Assembly (NCBI GenBank): GCA_965208575.1
Contig: CBDBOV010000004.1
Span: forward strand, 448,001-512,000
Length of the DNA stretch: 64,000 nt
Reading direction: 5' to 3'
Source of the DNA: Spirochaetia bacterium
GTDB lineage: Bacteria; Spirochaetota; Spirochaetia; SZUA-6; Bin103
The notes under the pieces are model-generated. The model saw only the letters and a list, made by a program, of their open reading frames with translations. It did not search any database and was not told the DNA's origin. The position numbers and the translations under genes are program-made. Shown piece after piece: positions 50,190-60,886 of the stretch (its first letter is position 1; each line of letters opens with the position of its first letter).

Positions 50190-51110
50190 TTAAACGGACG
50201 TGGCGCCGTCGGCACCCAGACGCCCCCCACCACCCCTGAGCCGCGGGTCGAGCAGGTCCCTGAGGGCGTCGCCAAACATGTTGAAACTGTAAACGGTAAT
50301 AGTCAGGGCAAGACCGGGCCAGATAGCCAGCCACGGCGCCGCCTCCATGTACTTGCGCCCTTCCCGGCTGAGGAGACCTCCCCAGCTAGGAATGTTGACT
50401 GGCAGACCGAATCCCAGGAAGCTCAGAGAGGCCTCGGCAATAATCACCCCCCCGACGCTGATGCTGAATATGATGATCATGACAGGCATAATATTGGGCA
50501 GGACATGCCGCATCAGTGTTGCGGTGCCGCGGCTGCCGATTGCCGGGGCCGCCAGAAAATAGTCATTCTCCTTAATGCCGATCACGGCGCCCCTGACTAC
50601 TCTTGAGGTGCCGATGCCTCCTGATATCCCCAGGACCACGATTATCTGCGGGATACCCCGCCCCACTATCGACATTATGGTCAGCAACAGGATCAGTCCC
50701 GGGAAGGCTATCCAAGCATCAACAAACCTCTGCACTATGATGTCATACTTACCGCCCAAGTATCCCGAAGGGACGCCTATTATTGCGGCGACCACAACAT
50801 TAACAGTGGTCGCTGAAAGACCGACGACTAACGAAAGACGAGCCCCGACGATGATGCGGCTCAATAAGTCTCGCCCCAAATGGTCGGTACCCAGCAGATA
50901 CTGGGCTGATGAGGCCTGCAGCCTGTCTATCGTGTGCACTTCATAATATGGATAAGGAGCCACAGCATCGGCAAAGATACTGACAAGAATCAATATCAAT
51001 ATGATAATCCCGCTGGCAGTACCCAGCCGCTTCTCCCTGACCATCCTGATAGATAAATCAGCCAGCATGGAACGTCTCTTTGGCTCGATTACCGGTGTGT
51101 CATCACTCAT
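50190..51110 (-). CDS. ABC permease (DppC type), lower-GC cassette 1
   Basis: LGTDHLGRD, EASLSFLGFG, GDALRDLLDP. Confidence 0.95.
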   Translation of the reverse strand: MSDDTPVIEPKRRSMLADLSIRMVREKRLGTASGIIILILILVSIFADAVAPYPYYEVHTIDRLQASSAQYLLGTDHLGRDLLSRIIVGARLSLVVGLSATTVNVVVAAIIGVPSGYLGGKYDIIVQRFVDAWIAFPGLILLLTIMSIVGRGIPQIIVVLGISGGIGTSRVVRGAVIGIKENDYFLAAPAIGSRGTATLMRHVLPNIMPVMIIIFSISVGGVIIAEASLSFLGFGLPVNIPSWGGLLSREGRKYMEAAPWLAIWPGLALTITVYSFNMFGDALRDLLDPRLRGGGGRLGADGATSV

Positions 51111-51128
51111 AGTGTCGAATTGTCCCTT

Positions 51129-52136
51129 CTATTTATATCGGATCCTGGGGTCTAAATAGGGATAAATCATGTCGACAAGTAGAAAGTTAAGCATAACGAA
51201 TGCAGATATAAACAGGTTTAGTCCTTGGATCCTCGGATAGTCTCTACTATTGAGGGCGGTCAGAAATAACCTACCTACCCCCGGCAGGTTGAATATATTC
51301 TCCATGATAACGGAGCCGCCTACCAGGATAGGCAACTGCATGCCTATCAACGTAACCACCGGGATGAGAGCATTCTTGACGGCGTGCCTCATAATAACCA
51401 CCCTCTCATGGAGACCCTTGGACCAGGCGGTCCTGACGTAGTCTTGCCTGAGCACCTCCAGCATCATGGTGCGTGTCATCCGCATGGTGCCGGCAGACAT
51501 GGCTGTCCCCAGAATCAGGCTGGGAATGAGGAACATCCCCAGGTTCCCCAGCGGGTCTTCCGTGAAGGGAATCAGCTTCAGCGGTGGCGACCATCCCCAC
51601 CAGATTGCCGGGAAGATCATGACCATCAGGGCCAGCCAGAAGTTAGGCATTGCCATGCCGATGACGGCCGCGGTGCGCCCCACGTAGTCGGCGGCCGTAT
51701 CCTGGCGAATCGCCGAGTAGATGCCCACCGGCAGGGCTATGACGAGCCCGATTACGATTGCCAGGAAACCAAGCTCAAAGGTTACTGGTAGTCTATCTAT
51801 TATATCCTTCTCTATCGAAACAACGCCGCCAAACAGTGATTCGCCAAAGGTGCCCTGGAGGAGACCGTTGTAGTGGGACTCACCGGTAACCCAGTCAGGG
51901 GTAGGCAACACTCCTATCCAGCGTCCGTACTGTACGTGCACAGGCACGTCTAATCCCAGCATACGCTCAAGAGCTTCACGGTCAATCTCGCCATGCCCGC
52001 CGTACTGCGTTGTTCTAGCCACCATTTCGTCTACTATATCGCCGGGGAGAAAGCGGACCGAGAGAAAGACCAGCATGGTAAGGATAAACAGGGTGGGAAT
52101 TATCAGCAATAACCGCCTGATGAGATAGGATCTCAT
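51129..52136 (-). CDS. ABC permease (DppB type), cassette 1
   Basis: MRSYLIRR, LPGD, QDYVRTAWSKG, DPRIRYK. Confidence 0.95.
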   Translation of the reverse strand: MRSYLIRRLLLIIPTLFILTMLVFLSVRFLPGDIVDEMVARTTQYGGHGEIDREALERMLGLDVPVHVQYGRWIGVLPTPDWVTGESHYNGLLQGTFGESLFGGVVSIEKDIIDRLPVTFELGFLAIVIGLVIALPVGIYSAIRQDTAADYVGRTAAVIGMAMPNFWLALMVMIFPAIWWGWSPPLKLIPFTEDPLGNLGMFLIPSLILGTAMSAGTMRMTRTMMLEVLRQDYVRTAWSKGLHERVVIMRHAVKNALIPVVTLIGMQLPILVGGSVIMENIFNLPGVGRLFLTALNSRDYPRIQGLNLFISAFVMLNFLLVDMIYPYLDPRIRYK

Positions 52137-52146
52137 GTGACACACC

Positions 52147-52338
52147 TCATTGCGATTTCCCCCGCCATTTCTTTCGTCATTGCCAACCCTCTTTTGTCAT
52201 TGCGAGCCCCGATTCTATTGTCCCGACTCGGAAGTTCGTTGCATAAATCGCATCGTGTTCTGGAGGGGACCTGTGGTTCGACAGGCTCACCACGAACGGG
52301 AAATCCAGCACTCCGTTCGCCCTGAGCCCGTCGAACGG
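52147..52338. repeat. REP-like cluster: three (G)TCATTGC motifs and an inverted pair GTTCGACAGGCTCACCACGAACGG / CCGTTCGCCCTGAGCCCGTCGAAC
   Basis: Inverted pair 52273-52299 / 52313-52338; absent from the paralogous cassette. Confidence 0.7.
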
Positions 52339-52566
52339 CCGCCGAAGGCTTTCTGTTTGTTAAGCGCACTTCTGAGACCGTAGACTATCGGGGCTTCCTC
52401 AAGTTCCTTCCCTGCCTCTTCACTTGGGTTAAAGCTTCGGTTCAGGACAAGCCTCCTAATGACAGTAATAAAGGCCTCCTCTCATTATTCAATGAGTGAG
52501 GGAGCTGAGAAGCCTGAACCTCCCAGCTCCCTTTTTCCCTGAGCTAAGCCACAAGGGCTGTAACCC

Positions 52567-54408
52567 CTAATGACCCATTGCTTTCTTCAGCTCACTATCA
52601 ATCCAGAGGCGTGGGAAAATAGTAAAGTGTTGCCTTCCTCCCATGCCGGCTTCGCCGTTATAACCTATCACCCACGGCTAGTGCACCTGATACTGCGGGG
52701 ACAAAAGCCCCCAGAGCGCCCAGTGCTGCTCTATCGCGCGCATGCTCATATCTTTCGCCAGCCTCCGCTCCTCCTCCACGGTGATGGTAGCAGCTTGCAG
52801 CGCTTCCCACCCGGCGTCAAATTGCGCGTCGCGGACGGAGGCGTTCCTATTATGGCCGCTCCAATACCATCCCAGCTGATATTGGCTCCTGGCTGGGTTA
52901 CCAAAGGCAGAGTACGTATAGGCGCACGATTCTGATGTTATCTCATAATTTCCAGATACCTCGTCAGCGAACCATTCCGCAGATGGCAGAGCAAAAATAT
53001 CCACATCGACGCCAATCTCACGCCAGTATTCAGCCTGTAATTCTATAAAGCTCGAATCATACACATCCCGGAAGCTGCGCCTGACCTTGAATCTAATGCC
53101 GTCGGCACCGCCAGGATATCCCGCCTCGTCAAGCAGCTTCTCGGCCCCTGCCACGTCATAGGTATAGTATCCCTTGAGCTCTTCGGACCACTCTTCAAAC
53201 GGGACGACATGCTCCTTGAAAACCCTGCCTATAAACCCCTGAGGTATCGTATCCCCAGCACCGTCATATAGGGCACGGTTGATTGTCTCCATGTCAATTG
53301 CCATCTGCAGTGCGCGGCGCACCCGGACGTCGTCAAGGGGCGGCTTGCTCACGTTAATCAAACCACAATTATTGGACCGGTCTAAATACAGATGCGCCAC
53401 GAGTTCCGGGTTGGTCCGCAAGAGGCTCTCTAGCTGGTCTACCTCCCTTAATTGAGAGTCGCCCGCGAAACCTACGAAATCGATCTTAGCCGTGCGCAGT
53501 CCCGCCACCGTTGTTGCCGTTTCCGTGATAGTAAGGGCCTCTACCTCGTCAATATAGGGCAAACGGTTCTCCGGGTATTTTTCGTCGAAGCCCCAGTAGT
53601 TAGGATTCTTGGTATAGGTTATAGAGCTGGCCGCGACGAAGTCAGTTATCGTATAGGGCCCGGTGCCGACCACATTCCTCCAATCCTTCATGTCCCCGTA
53701 TTGCTCGATTACCTCGGGGGGCTGTATAACACCGTTCCACCAGTCCAAGATCCTCTCCAGGACGTGATGCTGTGGCTCCTTTAGCTTAAAGACAACCGTA
53801 TATTTGTCGGTGGCCGTTACCGATTCCCAAGGCAAAGTTGCGAAGTCACCCCACGATTGATTAGGTTCGGCTGCACTGAACTCGGTCCCTGTCAACTTAT
53901 TCCCCAATAAACGGTGAAAGGTATGTTCTACATCATAGGCAGTTAGCTCCCGACCGTTCATCGGTGGCTTATCATGCCATTTAACGCCCTGGCGGATGTT
54001 GACGATATAGGTTGTGTCGTCGGGCTGCTCCCAGCTTTCCGCCAGCGCTCCCCTTATGGCGTTTAGAGGCAGTAAGTCGCCGCTAGCGAAGGAATACGTG
54101 TCCCTATCTATTGCCCAGTCCCCGATGCCCAGTTTCTCTACAACGCCACTGGTGGCGAAAAGTGCACTCGCGGTAAACCAGGCGTCAAAACCAAAAGCGC
54201 TTAAGTCCCATCTAATGACGTGGGTTAATTTCCCGCCGTACTGTGGCGCGGACACCGCCTTGCCGGTGACGGGGTCGGTCACATACCTCTTGTCGGCAGC
54301 GGCTGCCGGTGCCTCTTCCGCCCCAGTGGCCCACAGGCCGGTTGCGGTCAGAATCAGGACCAACGCTACCGCGAAGGTCCTTGTAATTGTATTCTGTACA
54401 AGAATCAT
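52567..54408 (-). pseudogene. Family-5 SBP with in-frame TAG at 52678-52680
   Basis: After the TAG the frame continues PWVIGYNGE...LWIDSELKKAMGH*, matching paralog QPWVIGFNGE...WLDSELKAAMGH*. Confidence 0.85.
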
Positions 54409-55152
54409 ACGTAGCTCCGTATGTAGATTTTTCGAGAGTATTGCGTAGCGGATTGCCGCTCCCTGGCTACTCTCGCGCCCGCAACGCAGACGGCCGGCCA
54501 GACAGAGTCAGATTTGTGAAGCGCGCGGCGTGTGAGTCACCGGGTTCACCCCGGCTCACGCCGCGCGCGCGTGCGGTTCTTTGAGTATCATTCGAACCGC
54601 CTTCTTCTCTAGATCTAGGTCGGGATCTGCGTTCCAATGCCACGCGTGGCGGTGATCTGAGCAGCAGTGAGTCTGAATGGCCGGCAACGCCGGCGGTGGG
54701 TTTTGCGGGCAGTCAGTCGCGGGCAGCGATCCGGGACGGCTGCCCTCGCCGCCGGGAAGGGTGGGGGCGGCCCGCATGCCGGTTCGGCGATGGACGGAGC
54801 CGGTGCCACCGACAGCTACGGCGGTGGTGAAGGCGACGGCGTGCGCGGGGTCGCGTAGGGGGCGATCAGCCCGAGCGGTTAGTTGTTTCTCGGTTCGAAA
54901 AGTAAGGGGGGGTACATCGGCTGCGTCACCGCCAACCCGGTCACGGCGCTGACTGTCGTCGTCACGCTTCTTCCTCATCCATCCAACCCCAAGCGGTGAA
55001 CCGTCGCACGCGGGCGGAAACCTGTCAACGGGTCGGACGTCACTGACCGTCACTGACAAACCGGCCACTGTGCTGACTGTCATGGCGCTTCGTCATCGAT
55101 CCGTCGAACGCCAAGCTAAGCAAGCTTGCTGTGGGCGCGGGCACCCTGTCAA
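54409..55152 (-). repeat. Conserved upstream block, copy A (structured leader, G7 tract, duplicated TTGACA units)
   Basis: Blocks align with 60887-61659. Confidence 0.85.
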
Positions 55153-55735
55153 TAGGGCCGACCCGTGGGACCCCGTGGGACCCGTGCGTGCGCGGCGGAC
55201 CGGCAGCCCCGCGGCGTCACGCCGGATGCGCCCACCCGTGGCTCCGTCCTGGCCCCATGGGTGCGCATGCGCCGTCGGCTGCTCCGGAGGCGCGCCCGGA
55301 ACGCGCCCGACCAGGTCCACGAGCGTCGGGCTGGGTATGGGCGTGAGCTCACCCGTCAGCCCGAAGCAGCGCCTGGGCACCGCGTCACCGCAGACCGAGT
55401 CGCCGAAGTGTACTGAGTTAGGTGGTCCCGTCGGGCTGGCTCCGTAGGGCTGGCTCCGAGAAGCGTGGCCCGGGCGACCGGCGACCCCACCGATCTTGAC
55501 GCTGATTTCTCGTACGTCTCCCATCGGTGCACTTTCAATACTCGTCGTCACAGCGAAGCCGGGCACCAGGTATCTCATCACACGACTGACGCGTCGCCGT
55601 TCGTGGGCCCCGTGACCGGACAGTGCGGGCCATCGGAGAGATGTGGCGCTCTCGGACGAGCGACGCTGACCAAAAACATCGGTCGGTGTCGTTCGCTGGC
55701 GCGACTGCGGACCGCAGGTCGAGGTTGGTCTGCAC

Positions 55736-56100
55736 GGTCCGCAGCTCCTGCTGCAGGCGTTCCTGCAACGGATCGTGAACAGCGGCGGGCGCATCGAGCG
55801 CGAGTACGGCCTGGGGCGCGGGCGCACCGATCTGCTGATCATCTGGCCGCGACCCGGTGGCGCGGGACCGCACGCGGCGGGCAGATTCGTCATCGAGTGC
55901 AAGGTGCTGCACGGGAGCCTGGAGCGCACGATACGCGAAGGGTTGCTGCAGACCGCCGAATACATGGATCGGTGCGCGGCGCAGGCGGGGCACCTGGTCA
56001 TCTTCGACCGCGGCGCAGGCAAGCGGTGGGAGGACAAGATCTTCCGCCGCGACGAACGCACCGATGACCGGCACGGGATCACGGTGTGGGGGATGTGAGC
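55736..56100 (+). pseudogene. 3' fragment duplicate of the AAA/PD-(D/E)xK gene
   Basis: Near-identical to about 49694-50057. Confidence 0.9.
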
Positions 56101-56314
56101 CGCCGAAGTGCCACCGTTGGGGTGGCTGTCTCCGGGGCGGTGACGGTGTAGATTCAGACGTTGCCCGGCGGGCAAAGCGTCAGTTGTCCCCCACTCCGCC
56201 CATTTGGCCGGGCCGCCCACTGCTGGCCCACTTCGACGAAGCCGCGCGGGCCGCGGACGCCGTGCTCGAACGGGTCTTCGGTAGCCTCCATCCAGCGGTG
56301 CAGCCGGCCGGCTT

Positions 56315-56610
56315 TTCGGACCAGGGAACAGTATACGTCGATTGCGTTCGGGCTACGCTGTAAAGAGGCCGCCGTGCGCCCGTCGATGGGTTCAGTGGGC
56401 GATGCGTACGACAATGCAATGTGCGAGAGTTTCTTCGCGACCCTGGAGTGCGAGTTGCTGGAGCGGAACAGATTCCGCAACCGCGACCAAGCGCGGCTGG
56501 CAGTATTCGAGTTCATCGAGGGATTCTACAACCGGCGGCGGCGCCACTCGGCGCTGGGCTACCAGTCGCCAGTCGAGTTCGAGGCCGCTCGCGCAGGAAC
56601 GGCAGCATGA
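56315..56610 (+). pseudogene. IS3-family transposase OrfB C-terminal fragment
   Basis: SDQG..YTS, SMGSVGDAYDNAMCESFFATLECE, YNRRRRHSALGYQSP. Confidence 0.9.
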
Positions 56611-56679
56611 GTTGCGCCGCGGCGCGGATCCTGGCGTCTGGCCCCCTGTCGGGCCGTAATTTGCCGGCCCTGGGCCGTC

Positions 56680-56915
56680 TGTGGCTCGTTCGGTCTTTGA
56701 TTGCCTTGGCGAGAATCCGCTCTGAGCGTCCGGGCCCGAGCGATCTGTCGTCGTACGGGGCGTAGGTGTTGGCGCAGTCGAAGAAGTTGATGCCCCGATC
56801 GATCGCTGCCTCAACGGCAGTCAGCGCCTTCGTCTCGTCGGTCTGCTCGATAAACGACATTCCGAAGCCAATCGACTTACCTTGAAACCGGTCGAGCCAA
56901 ATTGAATCCAGATTA
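56680..56915 (-). pseudogene. Aldo/keto reductase N-terminal fragment
   Basis: FGSTGFKVSRL (frameshift) GFGMSF..AIDRGINFFDCANTY..GRSERILAKAIK. Confidence 0.8.
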
Positions 56916-57001
56916 GCGCGACACCCTGAGGCTGGCACAGCGAACCGAAGGGCATAGCGGCTAGCGGCCGCTCCGGCTCATCCAGCGCCAGTCGTTTCGA
57001 C

Positions 57002-57940
57002 CTAACCGGACTTGGCGACAGCGGCACCCAGCCGGCCCTCACCACCAGCGCCCCTTAGCCTGGGATCAAGCAGGTCGCGCACCCCGTCGCCGAACATGTT
57101 TAGACTGTAAATGGTAATCGTCAGGCAAAGACCAGGCCAGAAAACCAGGTATGGCGCCATCTCCATGTAGAGACGCCCGTCCCGGCTGAGCAGACCTCCC
57201 CACTCAGGAACCGCGGGGGGCAGCCCAAATCCGAGAAAGCTCAGAGAAGCCGCACTCAGGATTACGCCACCGATGTTGATGCTAAATATGATGATGACAG
57301 GCGCCATAATATTGGGCAGGACATGGCGTAACAGGATCAGGCTCGTGGGGGTACCCACAGCCCTGGCTGCCAGAAAATAGTCATTCTCTTTAACACCAAT
57401 AACGGCGCCTCTGACGACTCGGGAGGCACCGATGCCTCCGGCGATCCCCAGGACCACTATGATCTGTGGCACACCCCGCCCCACTATGGACATGATGGTT
57501 AACAACAGGAGCAGTCCCGGGAAAGCAATCCAGGCATCGACAAATCTCTGCACACCCAGGTCCAACTTACCGCCAAGGAATCCTGAGGTGCCGCCGAGCA
57601 GGACGGCGACCAAAACATTGATAGTGGTCGCCGCCAGACCGACAAATAACGAAATACGAGCCCCATGGATCAGGCGGCTCAAGAGGTCTCGCCCCAACCC
57701 GTCGGTACCCAGCAGATACTGTGCTGATGGGCCCTGCAGCCGGTCTATCAGGTGTACTTCATTATATGGATAAGGGGCCAGAACATCAGCAAAGATAGCG
57801 ACTATAATCAATATCAATATGATAATCCCGCTGACAGTACCCAGTCGCTTCTCCTTCCACATCCTGACAAAGAAATCAGCCAGAGCGGCACGTCTCTTTG
57901 GCGCACTGGCTGCTGATGGTGTCTTTGTGGCGTTACTCAT
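57002..57940 (-). CDS. ABC permease (DppC type), cassette 2
   Basis: LGTDGLGRD, SLSFLGFG, GDGVRDLLDP. Confidence 0.95.
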   Translation of the reverse strand: MSNATKTPSAASAPKRRAALADFFVRMWKEKRLGTVSGIIILILIIVAIFADVLAPYPYNEVHLIDRLQGPSAQYLLGTDGLGRDLLSRLIHGARISLFVGLAATTINVLVAVLLGGTSGFLGGKLDLGVQRFVDAWIAFPGLLLLLTIMSIVGRGVPQIIVVLGIAGGIGASRVVRGAVIGVKENDYFLAARAVGTPTSLILLRHVLPNIMAPVIIIFSINIGGVILSAASLSFLGFGLPPAVPEWGGLLSRDGRLYMEMAPYLVFWPGLCLTITIYSLNMFGDGVRDLLDPRLRGAGGEGRLGAAVAKSG

Positions 57941-57955
57941 ACTCGCTGTTTTCCT

Positions 57956-58960
57956 TTATTTATAGCGGACCCTGGGGTCCAAGAAAGCATACATCAGGTC
58001 GATCATGAGATTGATCCCCACAACCGCCGTGGCGAAAAACAGGTTGATCCCGGAGATGATCGGATAGTCTCTGTCAGTCAGGGCATTCACCATGAGCTGA
58101 CCTAGCCCCGGCAGGTTGAAGATGTTCTCCATGATAACGGCGCCACCTACCACGATCGGCAACTGCAGGCCTATGAGGGTGATTACCGGGATGAGTGCAT
58201 TCTTCAGGGCGTGTCTCAGAACGACGACCCTCTCCTTGAGACCCTTGGACCAGGCGGTCCTGATATAGTCCTGCCTGAGCACCTCCAGCATCATGGTACG
58301 CGTCATCCGCATGGTGCTTGCAGCCATGGCTGTCCCCAGAATCAAGCTGGGAATGAGGAACACCCCGAGATTTCCCAGCGGGTCTTCGGTGAAAGGAATC
58401 AGCTTCAGCGGTGGCGACCAACCCCACCAGATTGCCGGGAAGATCATGACCATCATTCCCAGCCAGAAGTTGGGAGTTGCCAGGCCGATGATGGCGATTG
58501 AGCGCCCCAGGTAGTCGGCGGCGGTATCCTGGCGGATCGCCGAGTAGATGCCAACTGGCAGCGCTATCAACAGCCCGATTACGATTGCCAGGACACCGAG
58601 CTCAATGGTTACCGGCAGTCTACCCATTATCAACTCGGCGACCGGCTCCCTGCCGCGAATCATTGAGTGGCCAAGGTTGCCCTGGAGAAGACCTTTGAAG
58701 TGGGACTCACCGCTAACCCAGTCAGGAGTCGGCAACACTCCTATCCAGCGTCCATACTGCACGTAGACAGGCACGTCCAATCCCAGCATACGCTCCAAAG
58801 CTTCACGGTCAATCGTCGCGGCTTGGAAGAATTCCATCTGAGCCACCATCGCGTCTATTATATCGCCGGGGATGTAGCGGACCGAGAAAAAGACCAGGAT
58901 GGTTAGAATGATCAGGGTGGGGATTATGAGCAACAAGCGCCTGATGATATAGGCTCTCAT
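57956..58960 (-). CDS. ABC permease (DppB type), cassette 2
   Basis: MRAYIIRR, QDYIRTAWSKG, DPRVRYK. Confidence 0.95.
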   Translation of the reverse strand: MRAYIIRRLLLIIPTLIILTILVFFSVRYIPGDIIDAMVAQMEFFQAATIDREALERMLGLDVPVYVQYGRWIGVLPTPDWVSGESHFKGLLQGNLGHSMIRGREPVAELIMGRLPVTIELGVLAIVIGLLIALPVGIYSAIRQDTAADYLGRSIAIIGLATPNFWLGMMVMIFPAIWWGWSPPLKLIPFTEDPLGNLGVFLIPSLILGTAMAASTMRMTRTMMLEVLRQDYIRTAWSKGLKERVVVLRHALKNALIPVITLIGLQLPIVVGGAVIMENIFNLPGLGQLMVNALTDRDYPIISGINLFFATAVVGINLMIDLMYAFLDPRVRYK

Positions 58961-59077
58961 GTGACAGTACTGGTCTCTGAGGCAGTCACCCTCTCACTAT
59001 TCAATGAGTAGGGGAACCGAGAGCCTCAAGCCTCCCAGTTCCCCTTTCCCTAAGGTCAGTCACAAGGGGTGAAATCC

Positions 59078-60886
59078 CTAATGACCCATTGCCGCCTTCA
59101 GCTCACTATCAAGCCAGATGCGGGCCGCCATTAACTGACGGTCCACCTGTCCCAGCTCCAGTTCACCGTTAAAACCTATGACCCACGGCTGGAGCACGTT
59201 CATCCGTGGAACTCTAGAACCCCATATATACCAGTGCTTTTCTATAATGTACATATCTATCGGTTTAATCAGCCTCTTCCGCTCCTCAATGGTGGTAGCG
59301 GCTTGGGCATCTGCAACCATGGGGTCATAAACCGGGTCCCGGACGTTGGGGGGGTTGTAAGCAGAGTCCGACGTCTGCTGCATTATGAGCCCCATAGCCG
59401 GGCTATCCTGACCCGAATAAAAACGGATCAGATCAAAATCACCTTCTTCTCTCCTTGCCCTAAGCTCAGAAGATTCAGCCTCCCTAACCTCTACATCAAT
59501 GCCGATCTCAGTCCAGTAGGAGGCAGCTAATTCGTTATACTCTAACAAGGGTGACCCAAACGGGAGGGCCACTTCCAAGACGGTCTTGAATCTAATGCCG
59601 TCGGCGCCGCGCGGATATCCAGCCTCGTCAAGCAACGCTTCTGCCCCTTCCGGGTCATAGGTATAGTATCCCTTGACCTCTTCAGGCCAGTCTGCAAATG
59701 GGGTGACATACCCGACAATTCCTGCCCCTAAATAGCCCTGAGGTGTCGTATCTGCATAACCCTTCCAGTACGTAGCGTTAATTGTGTCAAGGTCCAGTGC
59801 CATCTGCAGTGCGTGGCGTACCCTGACGTCGTCAAAGGGCGGCCTCCTCGAGTTAGCAGTCCAAGACGTCGACGACCGAAATGAAAACGGCTCCAGCACC
59901 AGTTCGGGGTTGGTTTTCCTAAGGCTGTCTACCTGGTCCATGGAACTTAGGGCACTCCAGCCGAGAAACCCAGCCAGTAAATCAATCTTAGCCGAGCGTA
60001 ATGCCGCCACACGTGTTGCCTCTTCTGGCATAACCAGCATCTGTAACCCGTCAAGATAGGGCAAGCGATTCTCCGGGTATTTTTCGTCGTATCCCCAGTA
60101 GTTAGGATTCTTGATCCAGGTCATAGAGCTGCCCTCGACCCAGTCAGTCAGCTCAAAGGGCCCGGTGCCGACCACATTACGCCAATCGGAAAGGTCGCCG
60201 TGTTCCTTGATTACCTCGGGGGGGTATATAAAAGTCATGAAGCTATATAGAATTTCCCCTAGCGCGTTGGGGTCTGGCCTCGTCAGCTTACAAACAACCG
60301 TCCGATCGTCGGTGGCCGTTATCGATTCCCATGGCAGAATAGCGAACGATCCGTGGGCGTACTTGGGATTCGGTTCGGTGTAGCCACTGCCCAGACCCAA
60401 ATAACGGTGCAAGTTATATTCGATATCCTTGGCAGTTAGCTCCCGACCGTTCATCGGTGGCTTATCGTGCCAGTTAACGCCCTGGCGGATGTGCAAGATG
60501 ATCGTTGTATCGTCGGGCGTTTCCCAGCTTTCCGCCAGGTGCCCTCTCCAGACGGGGGCAGCAAATCCTTGTGTTCTATAGTTAAATACGTCCCTATCTA
60601 GTGCCCAGTCCGCGATGGCTAGCCTCTCTACAACCACACCGAGGGCTTCTGCCGCATCGTGATGGATATAGACGTCAGGACTCGGAGGGTTATAACCCTG
60701 CGAATAGGTGATTATCCCGCCATACTCTGGCGCCGTCACCACCTTGCCGGTGCTGGGGTCGGTAACGTACTTCTTGTCGGCAGCGGCTGCCGGCTCCTCT
60801 TCTGCGCCAGCGGCCCAGAGGCCGGTTGCGGTCAGGACCAGAACCAACGCAACCGCGAGGGTCCTGGTAATCTGTACAATATTCAT
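59078..60886 (-). CDS. ABC substrate-binding protein, family 5, cassette 2
   Basis: Signal peptide, APEYGG, LAESWE, GTGPF, KNPNYW..LPYLD. Confidence 0.95.
   Translation of the reverse strand: MNIVQITRTLAVALVLVLTATGLWAAGAEEEPAAAADKKYVTDPSTGKVVTAPEYGGIITYSQGYNPPSPDVYIHHDAAEALGVVVERLAIADWALDRDVFNYRTQGFAAPVWRGHLAESWETPDDTTIILHIRQGVNWHDKPPMNGRELTAKDIEYNLHRYLGLGSGYTEPNPKYAHGSFAILPWESITATDDRTVVCKLTRPDPNALGEILYSFMTFIYPPEVIKEHGDLSDWRNVVGTGPFELTDWVEGSSMTWIKNPNYWGYDEKYPENRLPYLDGLQMLVMPEEATRVAALRSAKIDLLAGFLGWSALSSMDQVDSLRKTNPELVLEPFSFRSSTSWTANSRRPPFDDVRVRHALQMALDLDTINATYWKGYADTTPQGYLGAGIVGYVTPFADWPEEVKGYYTYDPEGAEALLDEAGYPRGADGIRFKTVLEVALPFGSPLLEYNELAASYWTEIGIDVEVREAESSELRARREEGDFDLIRFYSGQDSPAMGLIMQQTSDSAYNPPNVRDPVYDPMVADAQAATTIEERKRLIKPIDMYIIEKHWYIWGSRVPRMNVLQPWVIGFNGELELGQVDRQLMAARIWLDSELKAAMGH

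Noticed and set aside
52678-52680. Pyrrolysine recoding
   Set aside because: No pyl genes in the window, the paralog has Gln, and TAG is a normal stop elsewhere.
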